DNA from: Sphaerodactylus townsendi
Lineage: Eukaryota
Reading direction: 5' to 3'
Assembly (NCBI RefSeq): GCF_021028975.2
Contig: NC_059437.1
Location: 37,448,001 to 37,512,000 of the forward strand
DNA: 64,000 nucleotides
The notes beneath the pieces were generated by a model, which saw only the letters and a list, made by a program, of their open reading frames with translations, ran no database searches and was not told where the DNA came from. Shown piece by piece: positions 10,874-22,390 of the stretch. Positions within the stretch are counted from its first letter, which is position 1. Each line of letters begins with the position of its first letter. Position numbers and translations under genes: made by a program.

Positions 10874-13800
10874 CTGCAAGTATAAGAGCAAAGCACAAGG
10901 CTGTGAGGGGAGGGAGGCACTGTATTACTTTTCCAGCGCTTTCTGTAGGAGAACAGAATGCAATAAGAGACAGAACTCAGCCTCCAGCAAAATTCGTTTT
11001 TGTTTTGTTTTCAAAGCAAATTTCTTACACTTATGCCTACAAAATTAAGCGTCTGGGTGATGTTGGCAGAAGTTAGACAAGGGACACTGAATAAGCACTC
11101 CTCTGTCACTTGTCCAGTGCTGCTTGTGCCTGCTGAAGCTACCCTCACAAAAGTGCTGGACATGAATGAAATCCAAAGCTGAAAACAAATGGGTGGTGGG
11201 CCACAATGCTATTTCCACAACTGTAGCATAACACATCAGAGCCAGGAACGACGGCTTTACTTGAGTAATTCTCAACAGGTCGCTACAGCTTTCCTAAATC
11301 ATAAAAATGCAAATATGTAAAAATAATAAGTTAAACCTGTTTAAACATACATACATCACCAGGAAGTTCTCTTACATGAGAGCCATCATTTCATAGCGCC
11401 CTGTGAAGGAGAACTTCGTGGTGGAGTACATCCCATGTTAATTAACACTATTCAGGTTTTGGTTACCAAAAACATCATGGGTGAAACAAAACAAACAGCA
11501 GCCGTATCAGATGTCACGATCAGAGGGCCATTCCTCAAGGAATCGCACAAATCCTTGGCCTTGTGCTTCTAATGCTCACCCTGCTCCACAGTGGTGTGTG
11601 GGAACCGGATAATTTTCCAGTACTTGCGCTCTCCTTGACCCGCCTTCACCCCCATCACTGAAGTGAGCATCGGACCAGAGAGGGTCTCCTGAGTCTCAAA
11701 CCTGTTCAGCAAAAGAGAAATCAAGACAGGAAGATCTAGGCCGGGTGGCCACTGTTTGTTCAAGAGAGATGGGACAGTCATACCCACCTAATGCAATGGA
11801 AGCAAGCTTATCAGAAAACCTTATGGCTCAAAGTCTGATCTACCCGACGAACTAATTTCTATTTTATCATAGCTTCTGCAAAGAATCCTGGAAATCACAC
11901 TTGGGCAAGTGTGCTGAGAACTGTATTAAAGATCCACTGTCCTCTGCTGATCCCCCGGCAGAACTGCAGTTCCCAAGAACTGAGGAGTGAAAATGACTTA
12001 AACCAGCTTAAATGTGTAGTGTAGATACACCCCAAGTTTCCAGTGCTGTCCTCTCTTCCAAAGAAAAACTGATCTTTCAAATGGCATTAGTAAACATCTT
12101 GTGGGTACAACCCCACTACATAATGGCTACAAACATCCTACAGTGTCTCTGAACCTCTAGTGGTACAGATACAGAGGCGTAGCTCCAAGGGGACTGGGAG
12201 GGGGCATGATGTATCGGGCACGCGTCCCTGTGGGGGCATGGCCAGGGCGTGGTGGGGCGTTCCGGGGCGGAGGATGCACCAGTGAACCTGGCGCTTTCCC
12301 CCCTTGCTACGCCTCTGTACAGATATAAGCTGCCTTCAGCTTGGTGAACTATGCCTGTGTTATTGAGGAACAGTAATCTGTGTAATGTGTAGAGTCAGCA
12401 GGCCCCTTTGTGAAAACTGACTTTGTGGTTCAAAACCATTCTGCCAGTATGGAAGCCATAACAAATTCTGCTTAGAAAAAGGACTGTTTTGCAGAGGTTG
12501 ACGAAGATACGACTATAGTTTCTATCCATGCTTGTTTTTTAAACTTGCTGTCTGTTTTTATTTATTTTTAATAACAACAATGAAAAGAATCCAATGCTTC
12601 AGGTCATTGTCATTATTCTGTAGAAGAACCACCCTGTGATGGGATTGTCCACCTTTTCTGGTAGAAAAATCCTGGCAACTAAAATGACGATATAGCTTTA
12701 ACAGCTTCTGAGATATTCCTAGGCCTGATTAGCCTTCCCAAAAGGGATGATGTTGATACTAATAGACAGCTTCACATTACACCCCCACACAGCAGCAGTC
12801 AGTGCCAAATTTAGATGAAGATAGGCCCAAGGCTACTCCACTTGTAAGGCCACTCCCCATCCTCACGACTAGAGGGAGATAGGATCCACAAAATGGGGTC
12901 ACATCACTCCAGTGATGTTCTGGAAGGACAAAATCAATACAGAAATCAATGCTAGTGTTGAGTTATCGACTTAAGGCTGTATTACTCTGAAATGGAGTGC
13001 AAGGAAAATTACTGAATTACTTTATAAAAGCAGCACTCATTTCTGAAAATTTTCCTCCCTGCATTTGCAGGACAGAATAGAAATCATCCTCACAGACTCT
13101 ATTTTAGACTTCACAATAATTCATAGTTTATAAACTATAATTTGATCCAAGCCCAGTTAACTGTGTTGCCCAACTGCAAGCAGGTCAGAAACCTCAAAAA
13201 CAAACTGAAGTTTGTTGGTTGGCACCCAAGGTAAATTTAAAACTACCATTTGCAGCTGAGCTTATTACTCCCATTTCTATCTTGTGAATGCAGGCATCCC
13301 AACAAATCACAATTTGCTGAGCTGCACCTCCTCTTGCAGCCACCTGGCTGCACCAAGCAACAGAAATAAAGAACAGATATTGTCCTTAGAGATGGAAAGG
13401 AGGCAAAATTTTCAGAGCTGGAACCTGGGAAGGTGGGTTTTAGAAAAGAGAGAGACCTCAGTAGGTTATAATGCCATACAGTCCGCCTTCCAAAGCAGCT
13501 ATTTTCTCCCGGAGAAATGGAACAAATGTTTTGAATAAATAAAAAACTATGTATTCTGGAAATCAACTGTAATTCCTGGAAATCTCCAGCCACCGCCTAG
13601 AGGTTGCCAACTCTGCTGTTCCTTCCCTTTCCAGGGGAAATTGCCCACCGGGGGCTAATTAATCATTATGTAGTCGTTGAGCTGTGCCTGGGTCCACCAC
13701 AAGAATGTTCAATCAGATGTGAGTTGGAAATTCCTTGTTGGCAATTCAATTTCCAGGCATGCTGGGGCCTGATTTGTACTGTCACCGTGGACAAGTGGAG

Positions 13801-16800
13801 AAAGGGTATTTATGCCTCTCCCCACCCTCCCTTACATTGTCCTTCCAACTTGAAACAGCCCCAGGCAGCTGCTATGAGTCCCACTGGGGAAACTGGCATC
13901 ACTCCCATTTGTACACATGGAGCACTGAATGGGCTGTTCCAGGTCAGGAAAATGGCACGAGCCCCTTGTTCTCGTGTATCACAATCCTGGTCTGAACCAG
14001 TCTCCCCCATGTGCCTGGAAACCTGTGGGGAACTTGTAACACACATCTCACGGAAAGGTCGCATAATGGATCCAAACACGGCAAGGACAGTTCTGGGAAG
14101 CAGGGAGGGGGGAAAGCAAAGGATGAACACAAGCAAACACAGGTACACGAACTTGAGCAAGTTGAAGTTCCCAGCTCCCTCCCATCCTGTGTTGTTTGGT
14201 ATACCAGTCCCTTTAATTCCCCAACAGAAGAAGAGTGTCTCACAAAAAGGGCTTGCCGCTCCGCTTCTCAGCAACTTTCAGCACATCTAGCAAGGAGGAG
14301 CCAGCTGGGACTCTGATGAATTCATTGTACAATGGCGGACGGCGTGGTGGGCGTTTCACAGTTAGGTGGACCGTGATCTTTGAAGCCTGGGAGGTCGCCC
14401 CAGGCTGAGGAGCAGAAGTGCCCAATACCAGATTGTCTGAGGAGGCAAAAGTTGAGAATCAGCAATCAAACCACTCTTGGTGGCAACTTTGTTATGTTGC
14501 TTTTCCCAGCTATTTCATTCAATTCCAGGTTCATGTCTCTAAAAGGGTATCTTCTTTTAACCTTTGGGGGAGCACAAAACCCTTTTCTGTGGTTAAGATT
14601 TTGGCCCTCTTACTCGGTATACTGAGAAAGTGTGTAACACAGAGTTCTTCTGATACGTGCAGATCCCATTTGGTTTGAAAGGGGCAAGGTGTCTATTTTC
14701 TACATCAGGCAAGCATGTTTGGAAATGCAGTTTTTTGAGAACACAAAAACTTTTGAGAACTGAAAAACTATGCTGCTGTGCCAGCCTATAATGCATATTC
14801 AAGAGACATGTTTTCTGGAGCCCAATTAATTATATGTCAGCAAACACAATCAAAACTGTCCTCCTTTTCAGCTAGATTGGTCTAAGTATTTTGCACAGAT
14901 AACAGAGCCTTTGCCATGGCTAACACCTTAGCCCTGAGGACGACACCATCATGGAAGGGTGATATATACCACAACACATTGTCCCTTTTCAGCACTTTGT
15001 CCCTGAATCTGCATTTTTCTTGACAAATGCTTATTTACAAACACATTTGTTTATTTCTCTTCCTTGAAACAGCCCTTTCAGCATTTGAAGAATCATATCT
15101 TCCCTCAGTCCTCTCCAGATTAGCACATCCAGTTCCTTCAACCTTTCTTCGCAGAATTCTTTTTCCAGGCCGAGGATCTGGAAAACAAGCCCTATGAGGA
15201 AAGGCTGAAGGAACTGGGTGTGCTTAGCCTGTCAAAGCGAAGACGGAGGAAAGATATGACTGTGTTCTTCAAATACCTAGAAATTTATGAATGGAAACGT
15301 GCGTCTCAAAGAGCGTGTCAAAAAACGGACCGGAAAAATTATACAAGACACACGTATGCTGCTAAAGTGGCATTCAATGTATTACCCTCTTATATTTCTA
15401 ATCATACATAAAATACAAGTGCAACAATGCTTATTTGTATTTCTATTCCAAGTGGACTTCCTTGGAAGGGAGCGCGAGGGGATTTTCTTCACGCAGCGAT
15501 GCATGAAACAGTTCACTCTCCAGTTTAGTGCACCACTCAAAACAGTCCAACGATAGTCCTGCTCCTTCATATATTTGTACCCAAAACCATAGTCATAGGA
15601 TGTTATCACTGGACATTTTACAAAGTTCTTTTATTCGCTTCAAAGAGTATGGTTGTTATTCTGGATACGTGGCTGAAATCTTACGTGATCTCCTTCTGGA
15701 GTCCATTTAAAGGAGCCTTGTTGCAATGCGGAGAAAAATTCAGCAAGCAAAAAGTTCAGCAAGCATCAGCAAGCAAAAAGTTCAGCAAGCAGAAGCTAGT
15801 CGCGTAACTAGAGCTTTTCGATGCCTTCTTCAGTGCTCCGTATTTGCCATTATCCTTGTCATTCTAAATCTTGTTATTCTCTTAATGGATGTCATTCAAG
15901 TATTGCATGTGGTTCTATATATCTATTTCCTATGTGATTCGCTGCAGCTGCAGCTGCTTTTTCTATCTTAGTGGTTTAAAGAGACCACAATACCTCCAAA
16001 ACTATCACACAGAAGGGGAAAAGAGTTGTTCTCTGTTGCTCCGGAGGGTAACTCTACATCTAATAGGCTTAAGTTACGGAAAGGTAGGCACCATGTGAAC
16101 ATTAGAAGAAATTTGTTAACTAAAAGCAGTTCAACAATGGAACATTCCACAGACAGCAAGTTAACCTGAGGGGGCTGACCGGCCAGGGATAATCTCCACT
16201 TCACAAATTCTCACTTGCTTCCTCCACTCTACCTTCCTCGGCTTGACACTCCATGCTGGCGATGTCCACGTAGCTCTTCCCATGTAGCACAGGCAGCAAC
16301 TGGGAGCCAACAAGGGGGTTTTGGAAGCTGCCTCTCTCCAGTCTCTCAAGCAGAGCAGCTGTACCATTGGAGCACTCCGGTTCCTTGTTCCTCACCCCCG
16401 CCGCAATAAGAAACTACATCAAAAAGAGATCAAATGGATGAAACAGACTGTAAACAAGGAGCCCTCCTTTTAGTCTACTGATGGGAGGCTTCCAAAGCTG
16501 AATAGAGCAACCAAGCAATCTTATAGAACAATTCTCAGTTGTGGGGCATAATATCGGCTTTCTCCCAGATTTATTATTGAAATGACAGATGTGTACCTTA
16601 GCAAATGAAATGCTGGCTTGGTTGTCACTCTTACCCTTCACTGCTACCCATGCTTCAGGAAGACTGGTGGCTTTTTTATTTTTAAAAACAGCAGCCAGTG
16701 GCTGTTCATGTGTCTCTCCATTTATTTGCTGCCTAATTAAAAGAGGGCTCCAATGTTAAGTTAGTTAGAATAGTTGGTTGCCTTTTAAGCAACAAAATCC

Positions 16801-19800
16801 ATAGATTTAGGTTTTTTAAAATACTGTTTTTTTAAAAAACTACAATTACTTCTAGAACCAGTGGATAGCAAGTGCGGTTTGACCAAGTGCTTGATCTTGA
16901 TCCTCCTTGATCTGAGGTTGCAAATGCCTTAGCAGACCAGGTGCTCAGGAGCAGCAGCAGCAGCAGCCCATTGCCTTCACTTCCTGCATGTGAGCTCCCA
17001 AAGGTACCTGGTGGGCCACTGCGTGTAGCAGAGTGCTGGACTAGATGGACTCTGGTCTGATCCAGCAGGCTCTTTCTTATGTCCTTATGCTTTTTAGCAA
17101 CCTCCATGGAATGGCTTTAAAAATGCGAGGATGCTCAGAGAATAGGCATGCAAGAGTCATAGCTTTTACTACAAAGGTCAAGGACTAATTTGTAATCAGT
17201 TCTTGAGCCTCTCTTATGCACACAACAAGATACCCCACTGCACAGGTATAGTTCTCCTTACCTGCATTGCCAGAGGGGTGCTGTAGATGTTCCCAAAAGT
17301 CCCATCAGGAGTCTGAGCCTGCAAGATCTTCTTCTTCACTCTTATGACTGCTTGGCTGAGCTCTGCCACCAGCTCAGGCACATAGAAGGTGGCTCGTTTC
17401 AAGCAGACAAAGGCTAAGCCAGACACAGCCTCTGTATCTGGGTGAAGAAGAGCAGGACAATGGAGGCTGAGTGATGTATGGGATGATACCTCTAGCCTGA
17501 CCAGTCAGTCACACACACAAAAGGGGGGAGGAAAGGGGGAGGGAGGCCAGGTAAGATAGACACCATCCCTGCCCTTAGCCATAGGCCAGGCAGAATAACT
17601 CCATCTTACGGGCCCTACAGAACTGAGACAGATCCCACAGGGCCATGGTCTCATCACTTGAACAGGTTGCCATCTTTGCCAGGTGGCAGGGGTGGGGCCA
17701 AAGTGGCTGCCTCCCCTCAACCGTTCCCTCAGCAGCCCCATGACTCAGCAGACTGGAAGGGTTGTCACATGACGTGAATGGGAAACAATAGGGTCCTAGT
17801 CTGCCCCTGACAGGATGAGAACAAGCAGCTTATGTACATTTGAATGCATGAGCTAATAAAAATCACCACAGACTAGTAACTTTTGTGGACTTACTAGCAA
17901 GGCTGGCTCTTACCAACAAACAGCTGGCTTCCGCGCTCAAATCTGCCATGCTTCTCTGCAGCCAAGAGTTTGTTGATCACATGCACATCAACCTTCTTGT
18001 TGTGGACACACAAGGCCAAAACCCCTAAGCCGTACTGGTAGTAGTTAGTGAGAGGCCTCCCACTGCTCTTGAGGACTATTTAGGAACAGAGACCAAGACA
18101 TAAGTCCTTTACCTCACAGGCTCTTTATAAAGATCTCCAGAATCTCTTCTCTTACATGGGTCTACTACAACTATAATCCAATATTAATATAGCAAGACCA
18201 CATAGTTTATACAGCGAATGAATGGCTTTATGGCTGTGTACCTGCCTTGCACATAGAAGAGCCAGATGCAAATCTTGGCACATCCAGTTAAAAGATCTCA
18301 GCAAGCAGATATTGAGAAGGACTTTTCTCTGCTTGAAGGTTGAAATAGACATGCCATGTAGTACAAGTCAGGACTTAGGGTCCCCCAACCAGACTTGTAT
18401 TGTATTGCAACCAAACACTGCTGTCTGGCAACAAAATTTTCAAGTGTGGTCAAGACCTGGTTCAGATCAGCACCATGGCACCAGGGATGCGGGGGCTTCA
18501 GCCTTTCCCCTGCACCATTTTCCTGAGCCAAAACAGTCCCAGGGAGCAGTATGTGCCCTGTTGTGGATTGAACCCTATACATGGACACTGTACACACAGC
18601 CAAATGTCATATTTAGTTCTGCCCCAAGACCCTGGACAGCTGCCACCTATCAGACCACATAACAAGACAGATAAACGCTACAGCTTTCTCTACATGGATA
18701 TTGTTTTCCCATCTGCTTTCAAACTGGAGATTTACAGCGCAATCCAGATGGGGAGGGTGCTCTGTAGCAGCCAGAGATGGCACCACAAAGGCAGTGCCGC
18801 ACTGCCTCCAATGGAGCTCTGGGTGGCATAGCTAGTAGAAGGCAAAATACCCTGGTAGCTGCCTGGGACACTCCATAGGAAATAATTACTTATGCCACTT
18901 GTTGTATTGGCTTAAGTTATTGGCCTGTGCCAGGAGCATTCTTGGACCAAAAGCCTATTGGAAGCTTTGCCCTCAGGAACATTCCTACACCACCCCCAGC
19001 TGTTCCAGCGGCCACCTTTAAGCTGTGGGCAGCACACTCTTCCAGATCAGGTGCCTGCCTCCATGGTTGATCTCCCTGCTGGCAGAGGCGCCACTTACAC
19101 CAGCAGGTTGGACAAATGTACCAGCACAGCCCTGCGCCGGTTCGAAAAGCCAATATGCGCCCCTCCCCCCGCCGCTTCAGCTCTGGATTGGGCTGCCTGA
19201 CAACTATGGCATCTCTCTCTGTCTCTCATAGACATAAAACAAATGTGCTTGTCAAATAATAGAATTTAAAGGTCACAAGATCAGAAGGACAGACAAAATA
19301 GGTGGATCAACCCTCAATGTCACTCAAATCAAGACTTTAATTGTTACGCTTAAACAATAGTGAAAGAACAGCCTGCTGAGAGGGGAGATGGCCTTGAAAA
19401 GCTGCTTGTCACAGCCACCTGCCTTAATTCCAAAGGCTGAAGCAATTGGCACAAAACCTCCTCTCAACAGTGGGCTGTTGGTGTATGTGTTATAGGAAAA
19501 GGGCATCTTCCCTGCCAGAATCACCATTGCCAGTCTAGGATCTTACCTATAGATTCCTTTTCTCTGTGCAGGTGTAACTTAAGCTGGGTCACTAGCTGCT
19601 GCTGCAAGGGTGTCTCCATATCCTGGCATGCAGCCCGTAGAGATAAGAGGTAGAGAGCCAGCTGGCCTGTATTGGGCAGTTCCTGACTATTGGGTGGAGC
19701 TGGAATGCTGGACCAAGGGAGACAAATAATCACATGGTTAACCTTTTCTAGGCACAATTCACCAGCTCTGTGGCTACTAATTAATCAACATCTCATTCAA

Positions 19801-22390
19801 GTACTTTCAGCAAAGACTTTTATGCATCCTTTCCCCCCACTTCCTCTGCTCCATATCTCCCGTGGGGTTCTCAGCTTCAAAACCGGTCCCTCTAGTTGTC
19901 CTTTTAATATTAGTTCAATTTGCAGCAAATACCAGATGGTGAACTTTACTTCCATGGCATGAACAGCTTCAAGTGTTCATTTCCACACACAAAAAGCCTC
20001 TATTAAAATACATTTTTTTTCTACTGGCCTGTTGGCAACCCAAGTCTCCCTCGCTAACAAAATATACACTGTAAACTCCTGGGAGCAGGATATGACTTAT
20101 TTGGATATTTATACCCTGTTTTTCTCTGCAGTGGGGAGCCAAAATATCTTACAACATTCTTCTTTCCCTCTCCATGTTATCCTTACAACAACCATGTGAG
20201 GTAGGTTTGGTTGAGAGAGAGCAACTAGTCCAAGATCATCCATCATGTTTCCATGATAGAGTGGAGAGTTGAACTGGGGTTCAAATCTTAGCCCAGGACT
20301 CAAACCACAATTCAACACTGGTGGTGTGGAAAAAAAATTAAACAATCTTGTAGAATAATTTTACTTTTTATCTGCAAAATAATATAAAGCAGGTATATAT
20401 TAAGCAGGTATATATTATATATATTAAAGTGAAAATATTTACTGACCCCTCGCATCCTGGACATAAACTGTTTCAACTCTTACCCTCTAAACGTCGCTAC
20501 AGAGCACTGCACACCAAGACAACTAGACATAAGAACAGTTTTTTCCCGAATGCCATCACTCTGTTAAACAAATAATTCCCTCGATAATGTCAAACTATTT
20601 ATTATATATATTATTATAATTACTGCACTACTTTTTTTTTTCATCATTCCTATTACCCATCTCCTCCCAATTATGACTGTAAGGACTATAGCTCTGTGCT
20701 GACATTTTCATTTTATTTTACATGATTTACATTTTATGCTTTTATTACTATTGATTGTTTCCTGATTGCTTACTAGACCTATATGACAATCATTAAGTGC
20801 TGTACCTTATGATTCTTGACAAATGTATTTTCTTTTATGTACACTGAGAGCATATGCACCGGAGACAAATTCCTTGTGTGTCCAATCACACTTGGCCAAT
20901 AAAGATTCTATTCTATTCTATTCTATTCTCTCGATTACAAGGGTTAGAACCAATAAAGAACACTGGAAATCATGCAGCAAAATTCAGCCCTCTCTGCCTC
21001 CAAGTATCTTTTCTTCCATGCCTCAAAATTCTCTAGAGATTTTGCTTTATTATTGATGCCCTTGACCTTCCTCTGCATGAACAAAATTTTGATTCTGGTG
21101 GGCATGCCTGCTGGAACTGGGCTGGAAAACATCCTTCAGTCGCTGGAGGTACTGGTTCTCCCTCTTTTCTATGTGGTAATCAGAAAGACGAAGGCCCAGG
21201 TAGATGCTGGGGTTTGGCCGTTTTGACACATCCTCAGTTTGTTTCAGTAGCTCCTTGTTCAAAGACTCGATGTGAGGAGTGCTGCCCCTGGGGATTTCTT
21301 GCACAGGAGAAGAACACAAACTCAGAATGAAGGAGGCAAGTACAACAGTTTTATAACGCCTATTATCCAGTCCACAGATCTCATTAACTTTTTTATTAAT
21401 ACTTAGAAGTCTACATCACCAGAATTACTCAAAAAACAATCCACCAAAGTATAAGGTACCATATTCCATAAGGACTCTCAATTTCTTCTGCACTGAATAT
21501 TAACACATCAGGGTGGGGGTTGCATAGTCTCATGCTGGCGCATTTGTCCCCTCTTTAACCTCCAAAACCACTAATCATCCAACTACTAATCATCCATTTA
21601 TTTTTTCTATTTTGTCCAAATACAAATGTCCAAGTGTCCACAAGCTTAATTAAATTCTTTTCTTTGAGTAACAAAGCTAATTTGGCCATTTCTGCCAACT
21701 CTAATACTTTCACCCACCATTCTTCAATTGTAGGGATAGCTGGAGTTTCCCCATTAATCCAGTCCCTAAATCGCAAAGGTTTTAGGGAATAATCATTAGC
21801 CTCTTCTCTGTGGTAAGAAAATGAGCAGCAACTGCTGGAGTGGTTAGGCCTCATTGTTACCTGTTCCTCTTTGCATGCATCACGCAGTCAAAAAAAAGAA
21901 AGTTTCTCCTCTTTGAGTTGACAGTTTATTATTACATAGTTACACCACGTGCCTAGAACACCTCTGAATGCACAAATGATGCTGCTGGATAAGACCAAAG
22001 GTCCATTTACTGAATGTTCTGCCTCCATCTAAGATGCCTCTGGAAGCTCACAAGTTGGCCATGAAGGCAATAGCTTTGACTTTTCTGTCCTGGACATCTG
22101 GTAGAATAACTTTGAGTATGGGAGTTTCTTTTAATTATCTTGTCCAATAGCTGTTGATAAACCATTCCTTCTCCACAAATTTGTCTGATTCCTGTATAAA
22201 GTTGTCTAAACAAGAGGTCGCCATCCAACCTTGCAGTAGTTCATTCCGTTATCTTAATTGCACACCATATGAATATATGTCAAGCAGGTAGCACTCGAAA
22301 GATAATAAACAAAGAGGACTTACCACATAGCTGAGCAGTGGCAAACAGACTATGGAGGAGGAAGATTGACAGCCATCCAGGAGGATCCAT
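10812..22390 (-). CDS. TCN2: Transcobalamin-2 precursor, 9 coding exons, ~437 aa
   Basis: Exons 22390-22324, 21297-21108, 19707-19547, 18075-17914, 17437-17262, 16413-16233, 14436-14244, 11701-11580, 10873-10812 join in frame (1314 nt). Signal peptide plus motifs NPSIYLGLRLS, GQLALYLL, NYYQYGLGVLALC, VDT..LAF.C, FGNIYSTPLAMQ, SQLLPVL, GIADY.P. Located between PES1 and SLC35E4. Confidence 0.96.
11580..11701 (-). CDS. TCN2: TCN2 coding exon 8 (FETQETLSGPMLTSVMG...YWKII...VEQ)
   Basis: Acceptor gaacag|G, donor CAGG|GTGAGC. Confidence 0.93.
12172..12317. mobile_element. hAT-superfamily MITE, 146 bp
   Basis: 12-bp TIRs cagaggcgtagc/gctacgcctctg and a perfect 8-bp TSD TACAGATA (12164-12171, 12318-12325). 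Confidence 0.9.
13410..13612. mobile_element. Partial copy of the TAGGGTTGCCA-ended MITE family
   Basis: Shares ataatgccata.agtcc.ccttccaaagcagc.attttctcc and tgtaattc.tgg..atctcca with 59192-59394. Confidence 0.6.
14244..14436 (-). CDS. TCN2: TCN2 coding exon 7 (linker and beta-domain start)
   Basis: Acceptor cctcctcag|AC, donor TT|GTGAGA. VPAGSSLLDVLKVA motif. Confidence 0.92.
15070..15170 (-). mobile_element. CR1 LINE ORF2 fragment
   Basis: Reverse complement reads gaagaaaggttgaaggaactgg...gactgagggaagatatgattcttcaaatgctgaaagggctg (EERLKEL..LR.DM.FK.LKG). Confidence 0.65.
15173..16150 (+). mobile_element. CR1 LINE ORF2 fragment interrupted by a 710-bp insertion
   Basis: LENKPYEERLKELGVLSLSKRRRRKDMTVFFKYL up to 15278 resumes at 15996 as QNYHTEGE..LFSVAPEG..LKL..NIRRN..AVQQWN. 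Confidence 0.8.
16233..16413 (-). CDS. TCN2: TCN2 coding exon 6
   Basis: Acceptor gatgtag|TTT, donor AAG|GTAGAG (alternative in-frame donor after 16215). FQNPLVGSQLLPVLHGKSYVD motif. Confidence 0.9.
16880..17090 (+). mobile_element. CR1 3' end
   Basis: Reverse complement of the 49651 CR1 terminus, ending ctggtctgatccagcaggctctttcttatgtccttatg. Confidence 0.85.
17262..17437 (-). CDS. TCN2: TCN2 coding exon 5
   Basis: Acceptor cacccag|AT, donor CAG|GTAAGG. DTEAVSGLAFVC...FGNIYSTPLAMQ. Confidence 0.94.
17914..18075 (-). CDS. TCN2: TCN2 coding exon 4
   Basis: Acceptor aaatag|TC, donor TTG|GTAAGA. PLTNYYQYGLGVLALCVHNKKV. Confidence 0.94.
18735..19195. mobile_element. MITE with CAGCCCAATCCAGA-type TIRs
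   Basis: Ends cagcgcaatccaga and tctggattgggctg are inverted copies (13/14). GC-rich interior. Confidence 0.65.
19547..19707 (-). CDS. TCN2: TCN2 coding exon 3
   Basis: Acceptor ggtccag|C, donor TAG|GTAAGA. PNTGQLALYLLSLRAAC. Confidence 0.9.
20103..20330 (-). mobile_element. Degenerate tRNA-derived SINE
   Basis: Reverse-strand SINE body (atccttacaacaaccatgtgaggtagg...ttgaactggg). Confidence 0.65.
20441..20927 (+). mobile_element. Rex1/Babar LINE 3' end
   Basis: Encodes DPSHPGHKLFQLLPSKRRYRALHTKTTRHKNSFFPNAITLLN, a typical Rex1 RT C-terminus. Ends ttggccaataaag(attct)n. Confidence 0.85.
21108..21297 (-). CDS. TCN2: TCN2 coding exon 2
   Basis: AAG acceptor (ctcctgtgcaag|AA) gives CEIP. NPSIYLGLRLS motif. 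3' boundary assumes GC donor CAG|GCATGC; the alternative GT donor is after 21067. Confidence 0.85.
21560..21765 (-). mobile_element. L1-clade LINE 3' fragment
   Basis: IPTIEEWWVKVLELAEMAKL..LLKEK...W resembles the squamate L1 ORF2 C-terminus. Confidence 0.6.
22324..22390 (-). CDS. TCN2: TCN2 coding exon 1 (signal peptide MDPPGWLSIFLLHSLFATAQLC)
   Basis: ATG at 22390, hydrophobic leader, donor GTG|GTAAGT phase 1. Confidence 0.88.

Noticed and set aside
13604-14290. 228-aa plus-strand ORF
   Set aside because: Non-ATG start in a MITE end, antisense to TCN2 intron 7/exon 7, no recognisable motif.
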